Origin: an uncultured Clostridia bacterium
GTDB lineage: Bacteria; Bacillota; Clostridia; TANB77; CAG-508
Assembly: GCA_944386685.1 (NCBI GenBank)
Contig: CALXCA010000001.1
Span: forward strand, 78,105-142,104
DNA: 64,000 nt
Reading direction: 5' to 3'
The notes beneath the pieces were generated by a model. It was not told the origin of the DNA. It saw nothing but the letters and a program-made list of their open reading frames with translations, and did no database searches. Positions 39,656 to 48,882 of this stretch are shown one piece after another (the stretch's first letter is position 1; every line of letters begins with the position of its first letter). A program made the translations under genes and the position numbers.

Positions 39656-41026
39656 CTATAGTTTTTGACAAATTTCGTAAAATTTCATTGCATTTGATGC
39701 TTTAATTAATACAACATCTCCCTCTCTTAAAATTTCTTTTAATTTGTCTAGAATTTCTTCATTAGTTTGTACTTTTATAATCTGTAAATTTTTGTTTTCT
39801 TTTGCACCTTCTATTATTTTTTCTGAATACTTTCCTCTACATATTAAAATATTAATTTTGTTTTTGGCAACTTCTTCTCCTACTTTTTGGTGTAATTCTT
39901 CAGAAAATTCTCCAAGTTCAAGCATATCTCCTAAAACAGCAATTTTTCTTACATCTGTACGTTTCCTTAGATATTCTAAACTTGCTTTCATAGATTCGTA
40001 ACTTGCATTATAACTATCATTTATTATTGTTGCTCCATTTTTTAACTCTTTTATATCCATTCTTTTTTTAGTTAACTCAAATGTAGATATTCCATTTTGA
40101 ATTTGTTCATTCGATAAACCAAATATTTTTCCAACCATAATTCCACATAATGCATTATATATAAAGTGTTCTCCTCCAATTGGTACATCAATTTCTATGT
40201 TTTCTTTATTTTCTATATTTGCCAAAAATGTGCTATTTTCTTCGCCTAGTTGAATATCCTTTGCCATAATTTTACTTTTATTTGTTATTCCATATGTATG
40301 TATTTCAATCATTTTTTTATTTTTCTCAAACCAATTATGTAGTAAATCATTATCATTGTTAATTACTATTTTAGGAATTTCCATTCCCTCTAGAATTTCT
40401 AGTTTGGCTTTTAATATATTCTCTCTTGAACCTAAATTTCCTATATGTGATGTTCCTATATTTGTAATAACTGCTAATGTTGGTTTTGCAATTTGTGTTA
40501 ATAATCTAATTTCTCCAAAATGATTCATTCCCATTTCTACAACTAGTGCTTCATGATTTTTTAGTCTTAAAATTGTCATTGGTAAACCTATATTATTATT
40601 AAAATTTCCTTCTGTTTTTAGTGTTTTAAATTTTTGGCTAAGTACATTTGCAACAATATCTTTTGTACTTGTTTTTCCAACACTTCCTGTTATTGCAACT
40701 ACAGGTATGTTATATTGTTTTCTTTTATATTTAGCAAGTTCGTATAATGCATTTAAAGTATCTTCTACTTCTATTATAATTTTATCTTTATATTCTTTTT
40801 TTTCGTTTTCAGTAATATTCTTTTTTGAAATAATTACAGCTTTTGCTCCTGAATCTAATGCTTGTTTCCAAAAGTCACTACCATCAAATTTATCTCCTTT
40901 TATTCCAATATATATATCACCATTTTGAATTGTTCTCGTATCTTTAGAAAAATTCTCCACTTCACTTTCTAAATTTCCTATAATTAATTTTCCTTTTGTT
41001 ACATTTAAAATTTCTTCTACTTTCAT
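39656..41026 (-). CDS. murF: UDP-N-acetylmuramoyl-tripeptide--D-alanyl-D-alanine ligase
   Basis: VAITGSVGKTSTKD P-loop. Mur ligase middle and C-terminal domains (NDSYNAS, LGDMLELG). Confidence 0.9.
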   Translation of the reverse strand: MKVEEILNVTKGKLIIGNLESEVENFSKDTRTIQNGDIYIGIKGDKFDGSDFWKQALDSGAKAVIISKKNITENEKKEYKDKIIIEVEDTLNALYELAKYKRKQYNIPVVAITGSVGKTSTKDIVANVLSQKFKTLKTEGNFNNNIGLPMTILRLKNHEALVVEMGMNHFGEIRLLTQIAKPTLAVITNIGTSHIGNLGSRENILKAKLEILEGMEIPKIVINNDNDLLHNWFEKNKKMIEIHTYGITNKSKIMAKDIQLGEENSTFLANIENKENIEIDVPIGGEHFIYNALCGIMVGKIFGLSNEQIQNGISTFELTKKRMDIKELKNGATIINDSYNASYESMKASLEYLRKRTDVRKIAVLGDMLELGEFSEELHQKVGEEVAKNKINILICRGKYSEKIIEGAKENKNLQIIKVQTNEEILDKLKEILREGDVVLIKASNAMKFYEICQKL

Positions 41027-41117
41027 AATTACTCTTAATCCTTTCTCCCATAATATTATATTATTTAAAGATTAATAATGCAACTTTTTTCAAAACATTT
41101 CCTTGCAAAGTGTATAA

Positions 41118-41164
41118 AAAAGATTATTGGTTAAATATATTTATAATTTAACCAATAATCTTTT
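41118..41164 (-). terminator. Terminator of the SASP gene
   Basis: Perfect 19-bp stem AAAAGATTATTGGTTAAAT/ATTTAACCAATAATCTTTT. Confidence 0.7.
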
Positions 41165-41192
41165 AATTTACAATATTTTTATTATCTAAAAA

Positions 41193-41372
41193 CTATTTGT
41201 TTTCTACTGCTCTATTAGCAATTTCTATAGCTTTTGAAACAATATTACCACATGTTTTAGAAGAAACATTTTCCCAGCTTCCACCATCTTTTTTTACTTG
41301 ATCATAAACACCTAATTCTTTTGCTATTTCTGTTCGTAAGTTTTCAGATATTAATTTGCTGTTTCTTGACAT
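41193..41372 (-). CDS. ssp: Small acid-soluble spore protein, alpha/beta type (59 aa; not in the ORF track)
   Basis: My translation: MSRNSKLISENLRTEIAKELGVYDQVKKDGGSWENVSSKTCGNIVSKAIEIANRAVENK. It has the two conserved SASP blocks (EIAKELGV and GNIVSKAIEIA). RBS GAAAGGAGAC. Confidence 0.8.
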   Translation of the reverse strand: MSRNSKLISENLRTEIAKELGVYDQVKKDGGSWENVSSKTCGNIVSKAIEIANRAVENK

Positions 41373-41507
41373 AATCTAAAGTCTCCTTTCAAATTTCAAT
41401 CTGTTTTTTACGGACCGTTTTTGAAAATATTATTTAATATTTTCAATTATATTATCTTCAAAAAAAATTTTTTTATAATAAAAATTTTTTTCACTTTTGT
41501 TGCAATT

Positions 41508-42950
41508 TTACTCAGTTAAAGTTCCATTTTCTGTATTAGTTAATATAAGTGTATCTTCTTCTTTACCTGTTTGTGCATTTACATATGTCAAAAATTCTAT
41601 TTCATTAATATTTCCTTTTATTTCGTAACATAAAATTTCTGTATTAAATTCTGTTGGTATAATTGCTAGTCTTTTTACTTCATATTGAGTTGATTTAGAA
41701 ATATTTTTTGTTGCTTCTTCTTCTGATATTAATTTTGTTGGAATTTCTCTTTCACAATGATTGTTTAAATATCCTGTAGTTTCTATTCCTATAATTTCTC
41801 CATTATCTAATGCTATTTTAACTTTTATTAAATCTGGATATATAATAATATCTCCTTGTTTATATGCATAGTTTACTGTTATAAAGCCACTATTTTTTAG
41901 ACTATATGTTTCTTGCATATTTATATATCCTTTTGAATTTAAGAAATCCTTTCCTTTTTGAATTGCTTCTTGTTCTGTAATATTTTCTCCATTTATATCT
42001 CTATCATAATTCATAAAAACTATATGTCCACCTTTTTTAGAAATAGAAATACCAATTGTTTTATCTTCGTTTGTAATTATTTCAAATCTATATACTGGAA
42101 TGTTTCCATTTTCTACAAAACCATTGTTTTTAGTTTCTTTTATTTTATCTTTTCCTACAAATTCTTCTGCTAATTGTTTTGCCTGCTCTTCTGTTATTTC
42201 CTCTCCTGTTAATCCTTTTCGTTCGTTATTTGTTAAATGTTCAGAATAAGCTCCATCATATATTAATCCTGTATATTCATGGAAATTTTCTTCTACAAAA
42301 TTAAAATTACTTACTTGTGATATATCAGAATCTTCTGAATTATTTTTTAAATCTTCCCAATTTAATGTACCATTATTTAATTCTTCCAACATTTCTGTTA
42401 ATGTATTAGATAAATCGTTAGCATAATTATATAATTCTTGAATTTTAGCCATTTCTTCATCTGTTAAGTTTTCTCCATTCATATTTTTATTAAATAGCGA
42501 ATAACTATATTCACTTACTTGATTTAAAAATTTTTCAGTATTTTCTATTTCTTGACTTTCAATTGGAAGCATAACTAAATAACACATTGCTAAATTTGCT
42601 TCTCTCCATACATGAGAAAGTGTTTTTAAACCATGTGTTGCATCTTTAGAAATTAATGCCTTTGCTAAGTATATTTTAGTGTTTTGTACTCTATCTACAA
42701 TTTCATATAGTGATTGATTATTATCATTTTCTACAACTGTTGCATAAGAAATATTTTTATTGTATAAATTAACTGCAAGTATTATAGAAACTATAATTAA
42801 TACAATTGTTATTGCACTCCAAATTTTATTCATTCCTTTTATATTACTCATTTTTACCACCATATTATCTGTTTTATTTAGTTTGAGCTGTTCCTTTTCT
42901 GTTGGGGTGGGTCCCTTTTTGTGCTTTTTTGTGTTCACAGATAATAACAT
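41508..42950 (-). CDS. ypeB: Germination protein YpeB (PepSY domains)
   Basis: N-terminal TM and the conserved YpeB N-domain (LSHVWREANLAMCYL...). C-terminal PepSY-like repeats. The true start may be the internal MSNIKGMNKIW. Confidence 0.75.
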   Translation of the reverse strand: MLLSVNTKKHKKGPTPTEKEQLKLNKTDNMVVKMSNIKGMNKIWSAITIVLIIVSIILAVNLYNKNISYATVVENDNNQSLYEIVDRVQNTKIYLAKALISKDATHGLKTLSHVWREANLAMCYLVMLPIESQEIENTEKFLNQVSEYSYSLFNKNMNGENLTDEEMAKIQELYNYANDLSNTLTEMLEELNNGTLNWEDLKNNSEDSDISQVSNFNFVEENFHEYTGLIYDGAYSEHLTNNERKGLTGEEITEEQAKQLAEEFVGKDKIKETKNNGFVENGNIPVYRFEIITNEDKTIGISISKKGGHIVFMNYDRDINGENITEQEAIQKGKDFLNSKGYINMQETYSLKNSGFITVNYAYKQGDIIIYPDLIKVKIALDNGEIIGIETTGYLNNHCEREIPTKLISEEEATKNISKSTQYEVKRLAIIPTEFNTEILCYEIKGNINEIEFLTYVNAQTGKEEDTLILTNTENGTLTE

Positions 42951-43080
42951 TTCCTTTCTTCAATTTTAATATTTTTTAAGTTTTTCTTATTTTTGCAAAT
43001 TTTTGAAAAAATTATACATTTATTTATTTTTTTATGATAAAATAATTGCAAATAAAGAATAGCTATAAAATATGTATAAT

Positions 43081-43140
43081 AGGTTTATGGGTAAATCCTT
43101 TTTAAAAACCTAAATATTCATACAAGGAATAGAATTTATT
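43081..43140 (+). promoter_or_regulatory. Conserved 60-nt leader, copy 1 (upstream of the ugtP-like gene)
   Basis: 46/60 ungapped identity with 53446..53505, including a 20/21 core ccttt.taaaaacctaaatat. TATAAT lies immediately 5' (43075..43080). Shared AAGGAAT RBS. Confidence 0.6.
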
Positions 43141-44268
43141 ATGAAAGTACTTATTTTTTATGCAAAATATGGTGGAGGGCATTTATCTGCTGCTCGCTCT
43201 ATTGAATCTTGTATTAATGAAAATTTTAAAAATATTGATGTTGAATTAATAGATTTTATGGAATATGCTAGTAAAGAATTTAATAAAATTACAACAAGAG
43301 CTTATTCAGAAATGGCAAAAAAAGCACCAAAAACATGGGGACATTTATATTGGGAATCTCAAAAAGGTCCACTAGCACATATTAGCACAACTTCAAACAA
43401 AATATTATCTATAAAATTAAAAAAACTTATAACAGAAAAAGGTCCAGATTTAATTATATCTACACATCCTTTTTCAAGTCAAATATGTGGATTTTTAAAA
43501 AAACATAATAAAATAAATTGTAAAATTGCAACAGTTATAACAGATTTTGCTTCACATGACCAATGGTTAGTATATAATAATTATATTGATTATTTTTTTG
43601 TTGCATGTAACGAAATGGAAAATGAGCTTTATGAAAAAGGTATAACAAAAAATAAAGTTTTTGTTACAGGAATTCCAATTTCAAATAGATTTTTATTTAA
43701 CTATGATAAAAAAACACTTTTTAAAGATTTTAATTTAAGTCCAAATAAAAAAACAATATTATTTTTTGGTGGAGGAGAATTTGGTTTAGGAAAAAACTTT
43801 ACATTAGAAGTATTTAAAGCTTTTGTAGAGCATTCAAATGATGTCCAAATAATTGCAATTTCTGGGAAAAATCAAAAATTAAAATTAGCTTTCCAGAGTA
43901 TTGTATTAGAAAAACATACAGAGCAAAATGTTCAAATTTTTGAATATACTAATAAAGTTCCAGAATTAATGAGTATATCAGATTTAGTTGTTACAAAACC
44001 AGGCGGTTTAACTTCTTCAGAAAGTCTTGCTTCTGGTTTACCAATTGTAATTATAAATCCTATCCCTGGGCAAGAAGAAGAAAATGCAGAATATTTAGTA
44101 AAAAATCATTCTGCTATTTGGATAAAAAAAGATGACAATATTAATTTTATAGTAAATAGTCTTTTATTGGATACAAAAAAATTAGATGAAATGAAAAGAA
44201 ATGCAAAACTTATTGCAAAACCAAATTCTACATATAATATTTGTAAAATTTTATTTGATAAAACTTAA
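43141..44268 (+). CDS. ugtP: Diacylglycerol glycosyltransferase (UgtP/MGDG-synthase family, GT28)
   Basis: YGGGH near the N-terminus, ITDF, VTGIPI, VVTKPGGLTSSESLASGLPIVIINPIPGQEEENAEYL. Colinear with B. subtilis UgtP from memory. Confidence 0.85.
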   Translation: MKVLIFYAKYGGGHLSAARSIESCINENFKNIDVELIDFMEYASKEFNKITTRAYSEMAKKAPKTWGHLYWESQKGPLAHISTTSNKILSIKLKKLITEKGPDLIISTHPFSSQICGFLKKHNKINCKIATVITDFASHDQWLVYNNYIDYFFVACNEMENELYEKGITKNKVFVTGIPISNRFLFNYDKKTLFKDFNLSPNKKTILFFGGGEFGLGKNFTLEVFKAFVEHSNDVQIIAISGKNQKLKLAFQSIVLEKHTEQNVQIFEYTNKVPELMSISDLVVTKPGGLTSSESLASGLPIVIINPIPGQEEENAEYLVKNHSAIWIKKDDNINFIVNSLLLDTKKLDEMKRNAKLIAKPNSTYNICKILFDKT

Positions 44269-44275
44269 GTTAAAA

Positions 44276-44332
44276 TGCAGAATTAAAATTTGGGTACATT
44301 ACATACTTAAAAATTTTAATTCTGCACTTTTT
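44276..44332 (+). terminator. ugtP terminator, shared with convergent recR
   Basis: Perfect 16-bp stem TGCAGAATTAAAATTT/AAATTTTAATTCTGCA with a 19-nt loop, then CTTTTT. Confidence 0.7.
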
Positions 44333-44348
44333 ACAATTCAAGGAAAAG

Positions 44349-44948
44349 TTATAATTCTCTTCTTCCCTCTAATGCTTTTGTAAGTGTTATTTCATCTGTA
44401 TATTCTAAGTCTCCACCTACAGGAATTCCATGTGCTATTCTAGTTACTTTTACACCTAAAGGTTTTATTAGTTTTGATAAATACATTGCTGTTGCTTCTC
44501 CTTCTACCCTAGGGTTTGTAGCCAAAATAACTTCTTTAACATGTCCATCCATTAGTCTTGATAATAATTCTTTTATTTTTATATCATCTGGTCCTATTCC
44601 ATTCATTGGAGAAATAGAACCATGTAAAACATGATAAACTCCTTTAAATTCATGTGTTTTTTCCATTGCGACAATATCTCTTACATCTTCTACTACGCAT
44701 ATTTGGCTTTGATCTCTTTTGGGATTTCCGCATATTGGGCATGGATCTGTATCCGAAATGTTCCAACATTTACTACAATATTTTAAATTTTTCTTGGCAT
44801 TTATAATCGCATTAACAAATTCATCTGTTTCTTCTTGTGAAGAATTTAATATATAAAAAGCTAATCTTGCAGCTGTTTTATTTCCTATACTAGGAAGTTT
44901 TTCAAAACTTTCTATTAATTTTTCTATTGATGGTGAATATAATGACAT
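44349..44948 (-). CDS. recR: Recombination protein RecR
   Basis: HhH ([14 protein letters not shown]), C4 zinc finger ([16 protein letters not shown]) and a Toprim domain. Confidence 0.95.
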   Translation of the reverse strand: MSLYSPSIEKLIESFEKLPSIGNKTAARLAFYILNSSQEETDEFVNAIINAKKNLKYCSKCWNISDTDPCPICGNPKRDQSQICVVEDVRDIVAMEKTHEFKGVYHVLHGSISPMNGIGPDDIKIKELLSRLMDGHVKEVILATNPRVEGEATAMYLSKLIKPLGVKVTRIAHGIPVGGDLEYTDEITLTKALEGRREL

Positions 44949-44980
44949 TTATTTAAGCCTCCATTATATATGAATAATTT

Positions 44981-45325
44981 TTACATTATACCTGGTATAT
45001 TAAATTTTCCCATTGATGCAGTTTGTGCATCATCTACTTGTTTAAATGCTTGATTAATACATGTAACTATTAAATCTTGTAACATTTCTACATCATCAGG
45101 GTCAACAACTTCTTTTTGTATATTCAAATTTAATATTTGTTTTTGTCCATTAACCCTTACGCTTACAGCATTTCCACCGGCAGAAGCTTCAAATTCTTTT
45201 GTTGCTAGTTCTTGTTGAGATTTCTCTAAATCTGCTTGCATTTTTTTTGCTTCTTTCATTAAGCTATTAATATTCATTCCTCCAAATCCTCCCATACCTC
45301 CTGGGAATCCTCCTCTTTTTGACAT
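44981..45325 (-). CDS. ybaB: Nucleoid-associated protein YbaB/EbfC
   Basis: MNINSLMKEAKKMQ...GGNAVSVRVNG. Positioned between dnaX and recR. Confidence 0.9.
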   Translation of the reverse strand: MSKRGGFPGGMGGFGGMNINSLMKEAKKMQADLEKSQQELATKEFEASAGGNAVSVRVNGQKQILNLNIQKEVVDPDDVEMLQDLIVTCINQAFKQVDDAQTASMGKFNIPGIM

Positions 45326-45351
45326 TTTTAATTTCCTCCTTATTTAAATTT

Positions 45352-46962
45352 TTATTCTACAACATCAAATGGAATATCAAATCCATCTGCAAATTTAGTT
45401 AATTCTTGTTCTTCATTTGTTTCTTGCTTTTTTGGTTTTGCCTCTATATATTTTATATTCATTTCTTTACCATAAGCCATTGAAACTTGTTTTATTAATT
45501 CTTGTTTGTTTTCTGGCTTTTCTAAAACTGTCTTTCCAAATGATGTTATTCCTCCTGGGAACTGAATTCCTATTGTCATATCATTAATCTCTACGGCATT
45601 AGTGTTTATTAAATTTGTATATAAAACTATTTTTCCATCTTGTTTTAAGTGATTGACTATGTCTTTCCAGTTGTGTGATTTATTACTATTTGTTGAATTA
45701 AAATTATTAGATGTTTCTATTTTTTTTGTCTCTGGTGGTTTACTTATATAACTTGTTTGTGCCCTAGGTCTACCACTAGTACTTCTTAAATAATTTTCTA
45801 TTTTATCAAGCCTAGCATAAATATCTTGATTTCCATTACTAGAAGTATTTCCGCTTCCATTTGGATTATTACCATTATCAAAACTTTCATTATCACATAG
45901 TTTTATAATTCCTGCTTCAAAAACTATTGTTCTTTGTGTTGATGATTTCATTTTAGTATCTAGCAAAGATAGTTCTGATATTAACCTTATTGCTCTAGAT
46001 TTTGAAATTTTTTCTGCTAATTCCTTTAATCTAGAAAAGTCTTCTTCATTATAAATTGTTAATTTTTGATTTGTTTTTACCATTAAAATATCTTTTATGT
46101 ATTTTATCATTTCCCATAGAAGATTACTAATATCTTTTCCATCTTCTATTATTGCTGTAATTACTTCCATTGCTTTATCTATATTATATTCAATAATTCC
46201 TTGAGTAATTCCATGAATATATTCTAATTTTGGAATTCCTACAAGTTCTTTTATTTTATTTTCATCTATTTGATTTTCTCCATCTTGTGTACATCTTTCT
46301 AATATTGATAAAGCATCTCTCATTGCTCCTTCTGATAATTCTGCAATAATATTTAATGCTTGTTTTGTAGCTTTTACATCAGTTTCTAAACATACTTGCT
46401 CAAGTCTTTTTACTATATCTTCATTAGATATTCTTTTAAAATCAAATCTTTGGCATCTAGATAAAATTGTTGCTGGTAATTTCTGTGGCTCTGTTGTTGC
46501 TAAAATAAATTTAACATGTTCTGGTGGTTCTTCTAATGTTTTTAATAGTGCATTAAAAGCTCCTTGTGATAACATATGAACTTCGTCTATAATATATACT
46601 CTATATTTTGCTTTTGTTGGCAAGAAATTAACTTCTTCCCTAATAGAACGTATATCTTCAACACTATTATTTGAAGCTGCATCCATTTCTACAATATCTG
46701 TTAATGAGCCTGAAAGTGCAGATTTACATATTTCACATTCATTACATGGCTCCCCATCTTTAGGATTTAAGCAATTTATTGCTCTTGCTAAAACTTTTGC
46801 TGAAGTTGTTTTTCCTGTACCTCTTACACCATTAAACAAATATGCATGTCCTACTCTATTAGCTATAATTTGATTTTTTAAAGTTCTTGTAATATGTTCT
46901 TGACCTACCATTTCTGAAAATGTTTGTGGTCTAAACTTTCTATAAAGAGCTGTGTACCCCAT
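45352..46962 (-). CDS. dnaX: DNA polymerase III subunit gamma/tau
   Basis: MGYTALYRKFRPQTF..., GVRGTGKTT, zinc module CNECEIC, IIDEVHMLS. The ATG at 46962 is preferred. The 21 extra N-terminal codons in the track ORF overlap the SRP RNA. Confidence 0.95.
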   Translation of the reverse strand: MGYTALYRKFRPQTFSEMVGQEHITRTLKNQIIANRVGHAYLFNGVRGTGKTTSAKVLARAINCLNPKDGEPCNECEICKSALSGSLTDIVEMDAASNNSVEDIRSIREEVNFLPTKAKYRVYIIDEVHMLSQGAFNALLKTLEEPPEHVKFILATTEPQKLPATILSRCQRFDFKRISNEDIVKRLEQVCLETDVKATKQALNIIAELSEGAMRDALSILERCTQDGENQIDENKIKELVGIPKLEYIHGITQGIIEYNIDKAMEVITAIIEDGKDISNLLWEMIKYIKDILMVKTNQKLTIYNEEDFSRLKELAEKISKSRAIRLISELSLLDTKMKSSTQRTIVFEAGIIKLCDNESFDNGNNPNGSGNTSSNGNQDIYARLDKIENYLRSTSGRPRAQTSYISKPPETKKIETSNNFNSTNSNKSHNWKDIVNHLKQDGKIVLYTNLINTNAVEINDMTIGIQFPGGITSFGKTVLEKPENKQELIKQVSMAYGKEMNIKYIEAKPKKQETNEEQELTKFADGFDIPFDVVE

Positions 46963-46993
46963 ATTATATATCACATCCTTTATAATAAATAAT

Positions 46994-47129
46994 GGTGTGA
47001 TTCCTAATCTCTCTATGGAAAGCAATTCTCACATAAAAGTATCTACTTATTGCTGCTTCCTCCCGGACCTGACAAGATTCATAGGCTTCTATTGAGTTTG
47101 CTCTCCATACAGAGGTCAGTGATCATACC
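46994..47129 (-). ncRNA. ffs: Signal recognition particle RNA (short, 4.5S-like, ~136 nt)
   Basis: Minus strand contains GUCAGGUCCGGGAGGAAGCAGC (domain IV motif). The 5' 32 nt pair with the 3' 32 nt (25 Watson-Crick plus 2 G.U by hand). The 5' end sits 7 nt after a consensus promoter. Classical tadA-ffs-dnaX synteny. Confidence 0.85.
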
Positions 47130-47135
47130 ATTACT

Positions 47136-47164
47136 ATTATATACTGCATTAGTTAATTTTGCAA
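47136..47164 (-). promoter_or_regulatory. Sigma-A promoter of the SRP RNA
   Basis: TTGCAA (47164..47159), 17 bp, TATAAT (47141..47136). Confidence 0.75.
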
Positions 47165-47288
47165 GTAAAATATTATTTTTTTTGCTATAGTTAAATATTT
47201 TTTGCTAAAGTTCAGTAATAAATTTTAATATCTTAATAATTACATAAATTTCTCACTAAACTGTAAAATTTTTATGTTATAGTTTTAA

Positions 47289-48035
47289 TTAGTTATCAAT
47301 CCTTTTAAATACTAAGTTACTTAAATCTGTTATTTCTATACCATTAGTACCTTTTTCTATCACTTCTTTAGCTGGAATATCTATATTAATATTTGATTGA
47401 TATTTTTTTCCAGTTGTTAAATTAATAATTATATCAAAAGATATTGCTGTTTTTATATCTTCTTCAGATATATTTGTTAATTGCAATAATTTGCTATAAT
47501 CAATTTCTTGAGCATCATTTGAAATATAATTTGCTAAATTATTAATTCCATATCTAAATGCAACAATTCCACCTTGATTAGAAATTTTTTGTTCTTTAAT
47601 ATTAGATTCTAAATCTCCTGTATATGTAATTTGAGTAATTTTATTTTCTTCTAAATTGTTGAACATTGTATTTTCATCTTTTATAGGTCTATAGCAGTTA
47701 GCTTCTCCTTTTGTATTATTTTTATTAATTATTATATTATTTATATCAATACTTTCTATTATTTCTGTTTTATTATATTTAGAATTTTTCTCTAAATAAA
47801 TATATATATCATTATTTTCTGATACCAAAAGGTTCCATCTTTCTGGTTGATTTTCTTTTTCTGTTCCTTCTACACTTTGTGCAATAATAATTTTTGTAAT
47901 ATTAAATGGTAAATTAGATTCTCCTTTAACTTGATATCTTAATATGTATAATCCTATTGCACTTAGTATTGCAAAAAATATTATAACTATTATAATTGCA
48001 TGAATTACTTTTTTCTTTGTACTTTTATTATACAT
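47289..48035 (-). CDS. Hypothetical membrane-anchored protein (248 aa)
   Basis: N-terminal TM HAIIIVIIFFAILSAIGLYIL. Overlaps the tadA stop by 8 nt. No recognised domain. Confidence 0.6.
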   Translation of the reverse strand: MYNKSTKKKVIHAIIIVIIFFAILSAIGLYILRYQVKGESNLPFNITKIIIAQSVEGTEKENQPERWNLLVSENNDIYIYLEKNSKYNKTEIIESIDINNIIINKNNTKGEANCYRPIKDENTMFNNLEENKITQITYTGDLESNIKEQKISNQGGIVAFRYGINNLANYISNDAQEIDYSKLLQLTNISEEDIKTAISFDIIINLTTGKKYQSNINIDIPAKEVIEKGTNGIEITDLSNLVFKRIDN

Positions 48036-48486
48036 TCTTACTTTTTCTTAACTCCTTAAAAAATTGTTTTAACATGTTTTTACATTCTTCTTGCAAAATT
48101 CCTTTTTCTACTTCTACTTTATGATTAAATGTAAAATCTTCAAATAAGTTTAAAACTGAGCCAACAGCACCTGTTTTTTCGTCCATTGTGCCTATATATA
48201 CTTTTTTTATTCTAGAATTTATAATTGCTCCTGCACACATTGCACAAGGTTCTAATGTAACATACATTTCACAATCTATCAATCTCCATGCACTTAATTT
48301 TTTACTTGCTTTTTGAATTGCTATTATTTCTGCATGTTTAGTTGTGTCTTCCTTTGTTTCTTTTAAGTTATGCCCTCTAGCTATAATTTTACCATCTTTA
48401 ACAATTACTGCTCCAACTGGTATTTCTAATTTTTTATATGCTTTTTTGGCTTCTTTTAAAGCTTCTTTCATAAACTTTTCTTGCAT
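48028..48486 (-). CDS. tadA: tRNA-specific adenosine deaminase
   Basis: HAEIIAI and PCAMCAGAI zinc-binding motifs. Confidence 0.95.
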   Translation of the reverse strand: MQEKFMKEALKEAKKAYKKLEIPVGAVIVKDGKIIARGHNLKETKEDTTKHAEIIAIQKASKKLSAWRLIDCEMYVTLEPCAMCAGAIINSRIKKVYIGTMDEKTGAVGSVLNLFEDFTFNHKVEVEKGILQEECKNMLKQFFKELRKSKNV

Positions 48487-48582
48487 TTTTTCCTCACATA
48501 TTGTGTAACTTTTTAAATAATTTTTATTTTTGCCTGTTTTTCGCTTATATTTCGCCTAATTTATTTTATAGTTCTGTAAAAG

Positions 48583-48658
<76 letters not shown>

Positions 48659-48882
48659 AAATCAATTTTTTCAAAAAATATTATAATATAACACTTCAAA
48701 AAAAGCAAGAATAAATATTAGTAATTTAGTTTTAATTTTACAATATTGACAAATATGTTATAATAATTATTATATAAATAATATTTTAATTTACTTTTTA
48801 TATTAGAACAATTTTTATATGTATATAATATCAGAAAGGAGTATATGATTATTTAATTTCTTAAATAAATCATAAAATTTTT

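Noticed and set aside
41508-42950. ypeB without an adjacent sleB, considered as an anomaly.
   Set aside because: sleB may simply lie elsewhere. Gene order of cortex-lytic genes varies among clostridia, so this is not informative from this window alone.
46963-47025. N-terminal 21 codons of the track ORF for dnaX (MLSIERLGITPLFIIKDVIYN).
   Set aside because: This region overlaps the 3' arm of the SRP RNA. The conserved DnaX N-terminus starts at MGYTALYRKFRP, which has its own AAAGGA RBS.
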